64,000 nucleotides of DNA, taken from assembly GCA_052327205.1 (NCBI GenBank), contig CM126205.1, positions 240,622,001-240,686,000 of the forward strand, read 5' to 3'. The notes beneath the pieces were generated by a model. The model had not been told where the DNA came from and searched no databases. It worked only from the letters and a program-made list of their open reading frames with translations. Source of the stretch: Somniosus microcephalus (lineage: Eukaryota). Positions 11,356 through 22,752 of this stretch are shown here, in pieces. Every line of letters starts with the position of its first letter. The stretch's first letter is position 1. The position numbers and the translations under genes were made by a program.

Positions 11356-12894
11356 CTACAGATGCCCTTGAAGGACGTCCTCAACCAGCTCTGGGCCTGG
11401 AGGGCCCGGCTGCCAACTGCAACAACTCTGCATGGGCGACAGCAGTCTGGGCTGGCTGTGCTGCAGGCAGTAGCAAGTGCAATGGGGAAATGCCAGTGGT
11501 GGGAGCAAGAATGCTGTCATCCTGGGGAGCACAGCACCTCCCTGCTCGAACGACGCACTGGCACTCCCACGGGGCAGCACCTCAGCACCCAGAGCAAACT
11601 GCTCGAGCACAGATTGCTGGCCTGCTGCGGCGCCGTGAGAGCCCCAGGGCAATGTGGCCGAACCAGCGACAATGGCAGCAGTCAGTGCATGCGTTGCCTC
11701 AATCTGAGGCTGCATGAAACCAGTCTGAGATTGGATCACAGCAGCCAGTGACTGAATTGCAGCACTAAGCCATTGCGTTGCGTCAGCCTGTGCTGCAGCG
11801 AAGTGCTCCGCACTCCTTGCCAGTGCATCAGTGCTTTCGAGCACCCTTCCCATTGCACCCATGAACTGAGTGTGCATGTCCACCGCCTGGGTGTTCATTT
11901 CAGCGATGAGCCACTCCTCCTCTGCGTCCAGTGCAGCAGGACTCGCTGGCCTACTCTCCCTCCGGGGAGAAGGCCCCTGAGCTTCCATACCCCCATGGCG
12001 TTGCTGCAGCCCGCTGGGTCCCAGAGCTTCACCCTCATCAGACCCTTCCCCCTTGCTCCTCTCCAGGGAAGATGTGGTGAGAGAGGAGAGAAAGCTGATG
12101 ACCTTATCATTGCTGTCCCGAAGGAGGTCGACCTCTCCAGCGACCACGGCACCTATCACCTGGCTTGTGACAATCCTGTGGAAGCGCGCCTCCAAATCGC
12201 TGAGTGTTTGCAGCTGAGGTGGCCCTCCACCTGTCCGTTGCTGCTGCCACCTATTATGAGTTAGCTTGGCCTGCAAGAAAAAGGACGGCATCTGAGTAAA
12301 TATGCAGCCATGGTCTTGCCTTATGTGCCTCCCATAGTTGAATAGCCCTTAATGTATGCTGCCATGTGCTTGCCTGATGTGCCTCCCATAGCCGAACAGC
12401 CCTTAATGGATGCTGCCATGTGCTTGCCTGATGTGCCTCCCATAGTTGAACAGCCCTTAATGTATGCTGCCATGTGCTTGCCTGATGTGCCTCCCACAGT
12501 TGAACAACCCTTAATGTATGCAAGGTGTGGAATGTGCGTGTGTGTTTGTGAGATGGCCATAGGTCTTGGATGAGTGTTAGGCATTGGCGTTTTTACACCC
12601 TCTGGCCATAGAGTGAGGTTGAGATGGAGGGATAGAGAGATATTGAAAAACAGCCACTCACCCTGACCACCCGAGTGAGGTTGTTGAACTTTTTCCGACA
12701 TTGTGTGTGGGTCCTGGGCACCATACTCCTGGAGGAGACGTGCTGAGCCACCTCCCTCCACACTCTTCTATAGTCGCGGGGCAATGACCTCCTGCCACAC
12801 TCTGGGTACAGTATTGATTTTCGGCACTCCACTGCTCCAGAGCCACCAAGGCCCGGTCGCTGAAGCGCTGAGCTCGTTCCCTGGCCCTCTCCAT
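11356..12894 (-). pseudogene. Harbinger Myb/SANT-like DNA-binding partner; exon 1 12894-12662, intron 12661-12271, exon 2 from 12270
   Basis: MERARERAQRFSDRALVAL (frameshift) ...WREVAQHVSSRSMVPRTHTQCRKKFNNLTRVVR, then GTGAGT donor and TTTTTCTTGCAG acceptor, then AKLTHNRWQQQRTGGGPP continuing in ORF 11356-12291. Confidence 0.8.
12301..12521. repeat. 54-bp minisatellite, 4 copies, inside the Myb gene intron
   Basis: Unit TATGCTGCCATGTGCTTGCCTGATGTGCCTCCCATAGTTGAACAGCCCTTAATG starts at 12301, 12355, 12409 and 12463. Confidence 0.95.
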
Positions 12895-14394
12895 AGTTCT
12901 TTGCAGCAGCTTTGAGGTTGAGGTCTCTCCAGGCCGAGATTCCAGGCTGCAATGAGCTGGGTGTGGCTGGAGAGCAAGATCGACCCTCCCCTTTAAGAAC
13001 TGGCCGGCGTCAGTGTGTCTGTGTTCCATTGCTAACTGACATCACCTGAGCTTTGCCCGCGCTCTGAGCTAGTGCCTCGCTCCTCGGCCTTTGCGCCTTA
13101 AGACAGGTGTTAGTGCCTAATTTAGCGCTGCAATCACCTCCGGGGTGATAGAAGCCAAGTTTGTAGTCAGAGGCGATAATTAGTGCCAGGCGCTGAACTT
13201 TGCGTCCAACCGATAACTGCGCCCCAAACGGGGCGATACCGAATTTCTTCCCCATAATGTTTGAAGTGGTCATCAGATCTAGCAGTGGACAACCAGGCGG
13301 TCATGCACCAGACATACTTGAGTCTGTAACCCTGAGGCTGAAGGAATACAGGTGGGAACTGTACTGGAGGAGTGTTGGGGGTGGGGAACTGTGAGTGACT
13401 TGCTGGGGACGAGGGCATTTTCTGCAGAACCAAAGGAGTTGTTTAGTAGGTTGAACAAATTGGATCCTTTAGAGCGTGGCTAGTGGTACTGGCTGAAGCA
13501 AAACCTTTTTTAAAAAAAAATGACAATTACATGTTCTTATTTTAGTCAAGCTGACCCTTTCAATTTTAAACCCCTCCCCCCACCACCACCTCAGCAATAC
13601 TGAATGCCAGGAACACAGTGGCATTGTGATGTCTAATGCTAAGGCATCAATGATGGGATAATGCTGCATGACAGATCCCTGTCATTACCCTATCATTTAG
13701 AATGTAAAGTATGTGTGAGCTCAGATGTTTCATATACTAAGTTACTTAAAATTATGAATAGGCGTGATGATGCTCCATTCTGGAGTAGCAAATGTACCAT
13801 TAAATGTTACAACATTACGGTATGATTATTGGGGAGCTTCCATTAAGGGATGTTAATAATATGTTTATGGACCTAGTAACTTTGTGCACACTGCCATTTT
13901 AACATTGCTAGCTGCAGGCCACATGAAGCTTCACACAGCTCATCGATAATGACAGCTATCTGGCATTTTCTAGCAACCACAATCTTTCAGGGTAATTATG
14001 CTAAACAACATCTTTATTCGTACATGCCTAAAATCACCAGCTGCCATTTCACTTTTTAAAAAAAACATTTTTTTGGTGAATTGCGCAAACCTGCAATTAC
14101 ATCAAAACACCTCAAACATGATTAATTAATTTTTGAAATTAGGTAACTTGTTATGTAAGCAACTGTCTACACTTAGGGCATCCATGTCAGCCACAAGCAC
14201 TCCTAGCTCAGACCAGAAGAAGAGTAAAGCTCTGTCCCAACTCAGCGTAGCAATCTCTACTGCACTGGTATGAAATTTAATATTTCTTACTCATTCTTGC
14301 AGCACTGGATTTGCTGATTTAGTGATAGATTGCAGCTAATATGGGCAGATGTGCTGAAGACTGCATGCTCTTTAGGTATTGGGTTGAGACTACT

Positions 14395-14720
14395 CAAAAA
14401 ATTGCTAAACATTTGTGAGACTGGAGCCATAATCTTCGGCTTCCTCCTTAAACCCCCCATACCCATGCCACTGTCTCTACCCCTCTTCTTGGCTACTGTC
14501 TCAGGCTGAACTAGACAGTTGTCAACCTCTGTGTTGTATTTAACTCTGAGTTGAGCTTCTATATCGCATATTCTCTTCATCACAAAGACTGCCTACTTCC
14601 ACCTCCGTAACATTGTCCACCTTTGCTTCTACCTCAGCCCATCTGCTGCTCAAACCCTTATTTTCATCTGCAAAATTGACCATTCCAGTGCTTCCTCATC
14701 TTGCTTCCCATCCTTCAATG
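14395..14720 (+). mobile_element. Degraded L2 fragment
   Basis: Homologous to 5980-6300 (GGCTGAACTAGACAGTT, AAGACTGCCTACTTCCACCTCCGTAACAT). Confidence 0.7.
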
Positions 14721-14729
14721 GAAATGGCA

Positions 14730-15610
14730 ACAGAAAATTGGGCAGGGATCTGGCATAACAGAACCTACTCCATTTCCCACCCCCATCTGCCCAATTACCA
14801 CCTCAAAATTGGGCAGAATTTTAAGGAAAATCTAAGCCTTCCAGTCCGAAACTGGAGTTCGGTAGGAATGTCTTCAGGCTGTATCTTGGCGTCCTGCTTC
14901 TGCACTTTTTATGCTAGGCCTCCACTTCCATAACCTCCATGGCAGTGACTCTTTGGATGGCAACACTGCGGAGTAGGCAACAGACTACATTGATATTTGA
15001 CACCTTGGTGAGGCTATGCTGCAATACCCCTGATCTTTCCAAATACCAAAACCTTTCTTTTAACATTGCAATCGTCTGTTTGATTATGCCAGTACCGGCT
15101 ATGTGTGCCATATTATTACAGCTCTTCAGTTCTTGTTCATGACTGTCTCAAGGGGATCATGAGCCAGGGCGCAGAGAGGATACCCTTGCTCCCAAGGAGC
15201 CATCTTGACAGTCTTCCTACCCTTTAAATAATGGTGGCACCATAGATTGCCATAAAGTGAATGGCTCAACAGCTACCAGGGTAGCAGTTTTTCATGTGCA
15301 TAATGTACCTATGATCACAGACCAACTATACATTCGTGGACTGGAACCCATTTCACTTCATGAAGACCAAGATTGGAGATATGTGCAGCCACATCTATGC
15401 CATTAATAATGCTGTGCACTTTGGGGAATCTATGATATGGAAATGGTGCTGGCTATTTGCCATGGGGAAAGTGATGAGTTAGCATTGTCACTTGCTTTTT
15501 GCATCGTGCAATGCTGGTTGTGAAATGTGACATATATCTCTTAGATTTGCTTGGAAGGATCCAGTCACATAGAAGTTTAAGGCTGTGGGCACCTGGACAA
15601 CCAGCTATGT
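14730..15610 (-). mobile_element. Degraded Harbinger transposase remnant
   Basis: ORF 14914-15111 (IIKQTIAMLKERFWYLERSGVLQHSLTKVSNINVVCCLL) matches the C-terminus of the 9970 transposase. WLLGSKGYP-like remnant near 15180-15200. Confidence 0.75.
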
Positions 15611-16209
15611 GTAAGTTTTGCCTTTAAACATAAAAGCACTAGAATTTGAAACTTGGTGGTTGTGCCCATGGAAACTCTTTTTCAAACAGTATATTATTTC
15701 CCTTCTCATTGCATGTATAATACTATTTGGTGTTTCCACTAAAATTGCGTTACTTGCTGCGTCTTTGCTTATGTTTATCTGTCAGTACATTATTTCGATA
15801 TAATTTTCCTTGTGTATGGTGAGGTAATTTTTTGAATCTGTGTTCCCAGTGGGAGTGCACATTGGGAATTGAGGCCTGCTGAAAAGAGGACATTTGGGCA
15901 CCAGGGGGCTACATATTTATTGCATTAGATTTTTTATTTACTCATTACAATAAGATTTTTTAATGTACTAAAAAAGTAGCCCATTGTTGCTTGGTATATT
16001 GTAAGTGAAACATTTACAGGACTTCAGCGGAACAGAGTGGATGAAAAAAAGAGGGTACGTGAAAAGCAGTTTTTCCAATACCAACTTTCACACGAGCCAC
16101 AAATCAGCTAGGTGCAACCTTTACATCCTGTTGTGGGCAGCCAGTAAAGGTAAAGTTAATGATAGGTGTTGGTTTGGTTTATTTAAATACAGTATTTTAT
16201 AATTGGAGT

Positions 16210-16510
16210 GAAACAAGATGAAAGAAGGCATGCCAGGGAGATGATCAGGTACCTGCGCTGTACTGACCTCACCTGCCAGCATGCCAACAGGTCTTGGCGC
16301 ACCTACCTACCAATGACAAAGGAAAATAGCTTGCACAGGCTGCATGTCAGCAGGGAGCTGTTTGCACAGCTTTGCCATATGTTGCAATGAAACCTGCAGC
16401 TAACCTGCATCATAGGCCCGCCACTGTCACTGACCACTACTCTCTGAGGGTTTCTGTGTCTGGCTCATTCCAGGCCAGCACTGCTGGATCAGTTAATATG
16501 CTGCCCATGC
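16210..16510 (+). mobile_element. Harbinger transposase N-terminal remnant
   Basis: YLPMTKENSLHRLHVSRELFAQLCHMLQ parallels YIHLSEEQCLCRLRFSKQVVTELCHLLQ; SGSFQAS follows. Confidence 0.6.
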
Positions 16511-16540
16511 AGGCTGATGCATTGGTCAGCTTGACTTTCA

Positions 16541-17350
16541 GGCTGGATTTTGTCAATGGGGAGCTTTTGGAGGCGGGACTCCCACTTGTCGGGTTTTAGT
16601 GGCCAACCCATGCTATTTTCCCTTGATTGACCTTGTTAAGCCTGCCCAGTGGGCTTAGCAGGCCAATTAAGGAAAAGCCAGTTACAGGTGACATCAGCGA
16701 GTGACGTTTCATCTGTCAAGAGCTTTTGACAGATGAAATGTCATCGTTTGACAGCTCTGTGAAGCTGTCAAACACTGACAATCTGTCTTCTAAGTTGAGT
16801 CTTTACTCAAGACTCAATTAGAAAGCCTTCCTGAGCAGAAATTAGAGGCTGCAGCTTTTGACAGTTCAGCGGCCATTCTGCTTTTTGTGCCGGTGAGCTG
16901 AGGGTCTCCCGAGACCTGAAGGGAGGAAGAAAAGGTAGGTAAAACTTATTAAAACACTTTACACACACCTCACACACTTACCTCTGCACACATGCGCCCA
17001 TCACTCACCTGCACACCGGACATCTCTTCCCCCCCCGACCCCCGCAGACCGACTGCCCGCCTCGCTGACCCTGGCGAGGTTCGGAGCCATCGGGAAGCCC
17101 ACACTTTAGGGCTCAAAATAGGGATTAGCCAAAAAACTGCCGGTTAACTACCTGTTAACAGGCAATTAATTGGCACTAATCCCTTTCCCGCCTCGAGGAG
17201 ACGGGACCCGGCGCGGGTCGGGGACCTGCCTCCTGGGAAGATGGCACAGAGGTGGGTTGGGGGTGGGATGGGTACCCATCCCCAGATTCTGCCATTTTCC
17301 CGGCAATCCTGCCTCCAAATCCGCCTCCCGAGGGCTGGCTAAATCGCCCC
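16541..17350. mobile_element. Harbinger-type MITE containing a chain of hairpins
   Basis: Imperfect inverted ends (GGCTGGATTT...TTGGAGGCGGGA and TCCTGCCTCCAA...AAATCGCCCC). Internal inverted repeats at 16612-16823 and 17139-17174. Confidence 0.55.
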
Positions 17351-19659
17351 ATCATCTCCTTTCCTACTAAAGAGTAACAGGGACATTACACTGTCCAATT
17401 TCACCATGTTGCTACATTGGAGAAAGTACAGATAGCCATTAATTGCTGCCATATGGCTACCTAGCCACCAAATCCCTGGCCATCCTCTGCCACAAACGTT
17501 TGCTCCTCTTCACTTGTGCACTGAAACCTACCCAGTGCTGTGACTTCAAGCTTACTAACTGCACCCTCCGGATGTATGTAGCTGTCTGATGCTTGCGAAA
17601 GTCGATGAGAGGCATGCGGGGTGCTGTTTGGTGGTGTCTTGTTCTGAGCCACTGGTAGTGTAGGCAGGCTCCTCTTTCAGGTTGCAAGAGATGTCTTAAA
17701 AAAGAAATGACGTTGCAATATATTCTATGATTATTTGCATGGTTATGCCTGAGTGGCAGTGAATTTGTAGGGGGAGAAGACATGAGGGCAGAATGGTACT
17801 AGCCCTGAACTTGACAGAGGCCTCATCTGCCCTTACTGCTCCATGCTCTTGTATGCAAGGATGTCTAAAGTGAGCTTCTCCAAAGGATTGTGATCTCTGA
17901 GCCAGCTTGTTTCCACATATATTATTTCCCATCTTGTCATGAAAGTGCGAAATATTCTTGAGATGTTGTAAGTTGAATGAATCCATATACAGGGGTATGT
18001 ATTGCTGTTTTAAAAATTGTTACATGTTTTAAGATTCATTTTCTGTTCTATTTTGTGAATAAAGTTGTTTTTCAAAACAGAAACTAAGTGCATTTAAATC
18101 GTATAGTTGGGATATTTTGAGAGGAAGTCGTATTAGGTTATATTTGGCTGGGACTGGTGACGTCAGAGATGCAGTCAGGTTACCCACCCACCTGAGATCA
18201 GGTTTCATACATCAGCAGCAGCAATTAGAGCTTGGCAGCAATTACCTTCTCTTTGTCTAAACTTATGCTAGCCTGCTGTTTCCTAGCACCCATCTTTACA
18301 TGGAAATAGTGCACCGCAATGAAAAGGAATTTTTGACGGCAGAAGTCTGGACTTTTGATGTTTTGGGATAGCAGTAGACTATTGGATGCACTTACCATGC
18401 AAGGTATGTCCCATATAATAAGCTATACTTCAGATTCTTTGTACTATGTATTAACCGTGTATTTATTGCATGTAAATGACTGGCAGAAGAAAATTGCTTT
18501 GTAATTTTTAAACTATGGTAAATTGAATGGAGGTTTTTAAGAGGTATTTTAACATAGCTTGCATTAAAACATTGATCTGCTTGAGATCTGCAGCTTAAGT
18601 TACTGAAACCCAGCATAGCCAAGCATAGCAACAAGTTTGAACTAGTTCAGGGTATATTTTAATAAAATTGAAGTACTGTGCAGCATGCTTATGAAGCAAC
18701 CAGTAAATTGCTACATGTTTTTCAACAAGCCTCCTCAATATGTTGTATGTAATTTTTTTAAAAAGTGACCGGCTTAATCTTCAACCATTTGTGCTTTGTT
18801 TTTAAATTGTTTTTCTTGAATTCTGCCACTATCCACTTTTACAGCATCGACCCACATGATTTGCATGTGCAGAATATTATGTAAATTTGGTTTATTGTAA
18901 AATTTGTGACACTGGTAGGTAGCAGCGGAGTGTCGCATTAACATTGAGGAGGTATACCCATGATAAGCAGAGCTGGTGTGATGATGATTGATGTGTGCTG
19001 ACAATTGTGAGGCACTAGGTGTTATTCTGTAATACCTTGCTCTTTGCATAAGTATTCTTCTGTTCTCTTTATGGACAGCTTTTTTTTTTAGTTGAAAAAC
19101 CTTACCTGTAAAGTAATACTTTATAACTGGCTTTGGCGGAATCCTGACATAAAGTCAGCCCACCCACTTATCCTGCTCCTGACCCCATTGAAGTTTCAGG
19201 GGGCAGCCTTGTTTGAATAATTCTAGAGGGCTCCTATTGGGATTGTAATCTGCGCCAGGAAGCCCGCTGCAGGGGAGGGAGGAGAATCGGTGCTGAGCGG
19301 CGTGGGCACTTGTAGTAGTGGAGCATGTGCCCTGCCACTGCCAAGCAGAGCAATACTGGGAGACTGGTGTGATTTCAACAGAAAATTTTCTATCCTAAGT
19401 CATGAACTGACATTTGGCTGTGGTTTAACAATAGCAAATGGCATGAAAATATGTTTTTCAGATTATTTAAATGAGAAGTACATTTAGTTAATTTCATTAT
19501 GGCAGATGTGGTTTAAAGTTGTAGCAAGAAAATGTAAATTGAAGTTGTAAGAAGTTGGATGGTTAAACGACTAAGCACCAACTTGTATTTTATAAATGCT
19601 GTTATAAAAGACATATTCTATAGTGCCATATAACATATATAATTTCTTCAAGAAACATT

Positions 19660-20245
19660 AAGTCATAAAGATAAAGTCACGATGTTAAGTCGGCCATTCA
19701 GCTTGTCCTGCTCCCTCTTCCAATAGAGACCTATAATCATATGATCATAGTATTTAACTGTCTCTTTGGTAGGCTCCAAATGTTTACCTCCACTACTTAA
19801 TGCTTCTTGACATAGTCCTTAACTTGCTTTTTTTTTATATGTTTCTATTTATGTCCCTTTGTCCTGCAGTCATTATTTAACTTGAAAGATTACTCAGCAT
19901 TAACCTTTTCTAATTCACATAGTATTTCTTACCCCACTATCGGTTTCCTGCTCATACATCTCCTTTCAAAGCTGAAGAATCCAAGTTTCTTTTTTAACCT
20001 TCTTAACTTAGTCCTCTGACACTAGGGAGCAGCCTCACCATCCTTCCAGGGCTTAAATATTTCCCTTGTGCCTTGGTGACCAGAACTGAATATAATATTC
20101 AAGATGCAGCTAGTCAAGAGAACTACATAGCTTCAATATGATGGCTTAGGCTTAAAATCTACAGATTTCACAATATAGGTCCAGTTATTTATATAGATTA
20201 GAAACAGTAGGGATCCTGACACTGATTCCTGTGGCACTTCATTCA
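19660..20245 (-). mobile_element. Old degraded CR1 3' fragment
   Basis: GGCCATTCAGC 3'-end motif, CTCCTTTCAAAGCTGAAGAATCC, CCAGAACTGAATATAATATTC and ACTGATTCCTGTGGCAC, all CR1 RT antisense remnants. Confidence 0.5.
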
Positions 20246-21187
20246 ATGGGGTAGAAATTGGACCTCATTGCACCTGTTTTATGTCAACGAGACCCAATTT
20301 CGGGGGCCAACATACAACGCCCCAAGGACGCCTGAAAAACATCCAGCCCAAAATTGGGCCAAGCCATTTTTCAGCTGTCCAAGGCGGTCACCTAAAACAG
20401 GTGTTAGGCTCTTTACAAATGTAAATTAGAGGCCTAATGCCTATTTTACGTCCCTTTACAGAAATTGGAACTTCCTATCATGGATGACATGCTCATGTTG
20501 TCTTCCTTAGCGAATATTCCCAGTAATCAGTCATTTAGTGCATTAACTATTTTTCAACCCTGTTTGCATCTTTAAGTGCTCTCAATTCTTTTTTGATTAC
20601 CCTCATGCTGTTATAAATAGAAGAATTCGCTAATGTCAAATGTGGCTTCTCAAGCAATGCTCATTTCTAGTTCCCTCTTTGCCCCTCTGACTGGACTTTT
20701 ACATTTCTTTGGACCTTCAGGTATTTTTCCCACTAATTCCCACACTTTTCTCCCAAGAAGAAGTGATCGAATTCCCATTTCCTACTTATTTCAGTTTGTA
20801 TTGTCTTAGGTCACACTTCTTTACTCCACATTTATTAATCTCTGGTATGTACTTATCCTGCATGTTCAATAGAATGTCCTTAAACATATTCCATTTGTTC
20901 TCAAATGAAATGTTCTTGCTACTCCTCCCTAGTAGATCTGGTTAAGCTCTTTCCTCATTACAGTACCTTGAAGTTGACCCTTTTAAAGTTGTATACCTGA
21001 ATATTGATTTGTGGTATTGATTTATCCCAGATCAAGTTAGATTTATACATCTTATGGTTGCTGTTGCCCAAGGATACCACTCCTTCCACACCCAGTCTGC
21101 TAGTTGGGTGACATTCTATTAATGGGGAACTTGAGTGCATCATTTCTTATCATTATTCCAACACTAAAGTTCATAATTTAGATTTTA

Positions 21188-21331
21188 GGGGTGAATTTCT
21201 TTCTGAAAATTACAGAGCCATATTAATTGCAATGGATTGAAAGCCATGGGCTGCATGTCAGTGATTTTCCAGGGTGTGTTTCCTCTCGGCCACTGCATTC
21301 AATTGGAAGTGCTCGGTCATGAAATCTACCC
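21188..21331. mobile_element. Short Harbinger-type MITE
   Basis: Inverted ends GGGTGAATTTC and GAAATCTACCC. Confidence 0.4.
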
Positions 21332-21639
21332 TTTTGAATAGGTATAGGAAGTTACATAGATTAACTAACATTCCCTTTCCCCTCCACTTTCTTCATATTT
21401 GAAAACAACAAATACTCATAGGAAGCTTGAATATCATAAAAGCAGAGGAAAAAGGTCAAGAGTTATCTTAACAAAGCCTGCCAAACACCGTTCTTCATGA
21501 TTTGGAGCAGACACATTACAAGGAAACCTATGTGAAGATCATCATCCCCGCATTTCTACTTCATTAAACTGATATTCACAAGCTAACCACGGGATTCAGT
21601 AGTTAGGATTACAACAGTAACAACAGTGGACGATTTGAG

Positions 21640-22060
21640 AGAGGTGGTGATGGACTTAGAACTGGGTGTCATCAGCAGACATGTGTAAGCTGATCCCATG
21701 TCTGTGGATTATGTAACCAAGGGCCAGCATGTAGAGGGGGGTGCCAAGGATAGTTCCTTGGGGGATTCTAGAGCTAATGATGCAGGGGCAGGAAGAGATG
21801 CTATTGCTGCAGATGCTCCAACTATGATTGGACAGATTGGACTGATGAGAGTGGAATCAAACAAGGGTGGTCCCAATGCATTGGACAGTGGAGAGGTGTT
21901 GGAGGAGTATGGCGTGGTTGGCTGTGGCAAAGGCTGCAGAGAAGTCAAGGAGGAATAATGTGCCATGGTCATAGTCACAAATAATGTTGTTCATGACTTT
22001 CTTTAGGGCCGATTCAGTTATGAGGGAGGGGCTGAAGCCTGATTTTAAAAGAGCAAAAAA
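21640..22060 (-). mobile_element. Degraded L2 RT fragment
   Basis: ORF 21857-22147 (KSGFSPSLITESALKKVMNNIICDYDHGTLFLLDFSAAFATANHAILL) and an SADDTQF remnant near 21665. Confidence 0.75.
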
Positions 22061-22210
22061 TAGCTCCAGAGCATTGAGATTTGAGAGTAAGATTTTGAAC
22101 AACTGCATACAAGTGAAGATTTCATTTCTTGTCGTTTCATCTCTCATTCTCCTTGCTTAACGCATGCAGATCTGCTGAATTGATTTAAATAACACTGCTG
22201 TATTCTAGGC

Positions 22211-22474
22211 CAGCAGTTTTCAAAGTTTTAATTTTGTGTTGGAGAACCCATGAAAATATTAACAAAATCCCAGGGACCCACTGACTGTCAGTTGCCCAAA
22301 GGAAAACAATGTTGTCGTTGTAGAAAGTGTTTTCTGTTAGTATACAGAAACAGAAATAACATGCTACTAAGTCAGTAAATACCAAAAAGTACAGAATATA
22401 ATGACTGATGAAAATAAATCTGATATTGGGAACGCCCCCCGCCATATTCCAGAAACCCCAGTTTGAAAACTGTG
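22211..22474. mobile_element. hAT (Charlie-like) MITE
   Basis: TIRs CAGCAGTTTTCAAA and TTTGAAAACTGTG. 8-bp TSD TTCTAGGC / TGCTAGGC, close to the Charlie NTCTAGAN target. Confidence 0.7.
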
Positions 22475-22602
22475 TGCTAGGCCCAATGGTGACCATTTTG
22501 TTATCAGTCCGTGGGAGAAGACTTTCAGCAACATATTCCAGTAATACTGCCATGTTAAGCCAAGTTTACTCAGGAACCACACCAATCGTCAAGTACTGTG
22601 TC

Positions 22603-22750
22603 ACCTTGGCTCAGTTGCTAGCACTATGTGGGAGTGGAAGGGTGGCGGGTGGAGATGCTACTTTTCGGATGAGATGTTGAACCAACCATAACCCAGTCAG
22701 TGGGTCCATTGGTTGTAAAATGCTTTGGGACATCCTGAGGGCACAGTAAA
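22603..22750 (+). mobile_element. Internally deleted SacSINE1-like copy
   Basis: Head TTGGCTCAGTTGCTAGCACT, middle TTTCGGATGAGATGTTGAACC and tail TTTGGGACATCCTGAGG match 2678-3113. Confidence 0.6.
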
Positions 22751-22752
22751 GT

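Larger units (their letters stand above)
9813..13253. mobile_element. PIF/Harbinger DNA transposon with convergent transposase and Myb/SANT genes; left end missing
   Basis: HARBI1-like ORF on + and spliced Myb/SANT-like gene on -. Right terminus reads GGGGAAGAAATTCGGT on the minus strand (ends 13253), with GCGCC-rich subterminal repeats at 13050-13240. Confidence 0.88.

Noticed and set aside
12301-12521. Regular repeats as a possible CRISPR array or repeat protein
   Set aside because: Units are contiguous with no unique spacers, the context is eukaryotic, and the array lies inside a GT-AG intron.
17410-17990. Minus-strand ORFs with a vaguely Myb-like KRLWQRMARDL
   Set aside because: Too degenerate to assign; probably another decayed element.
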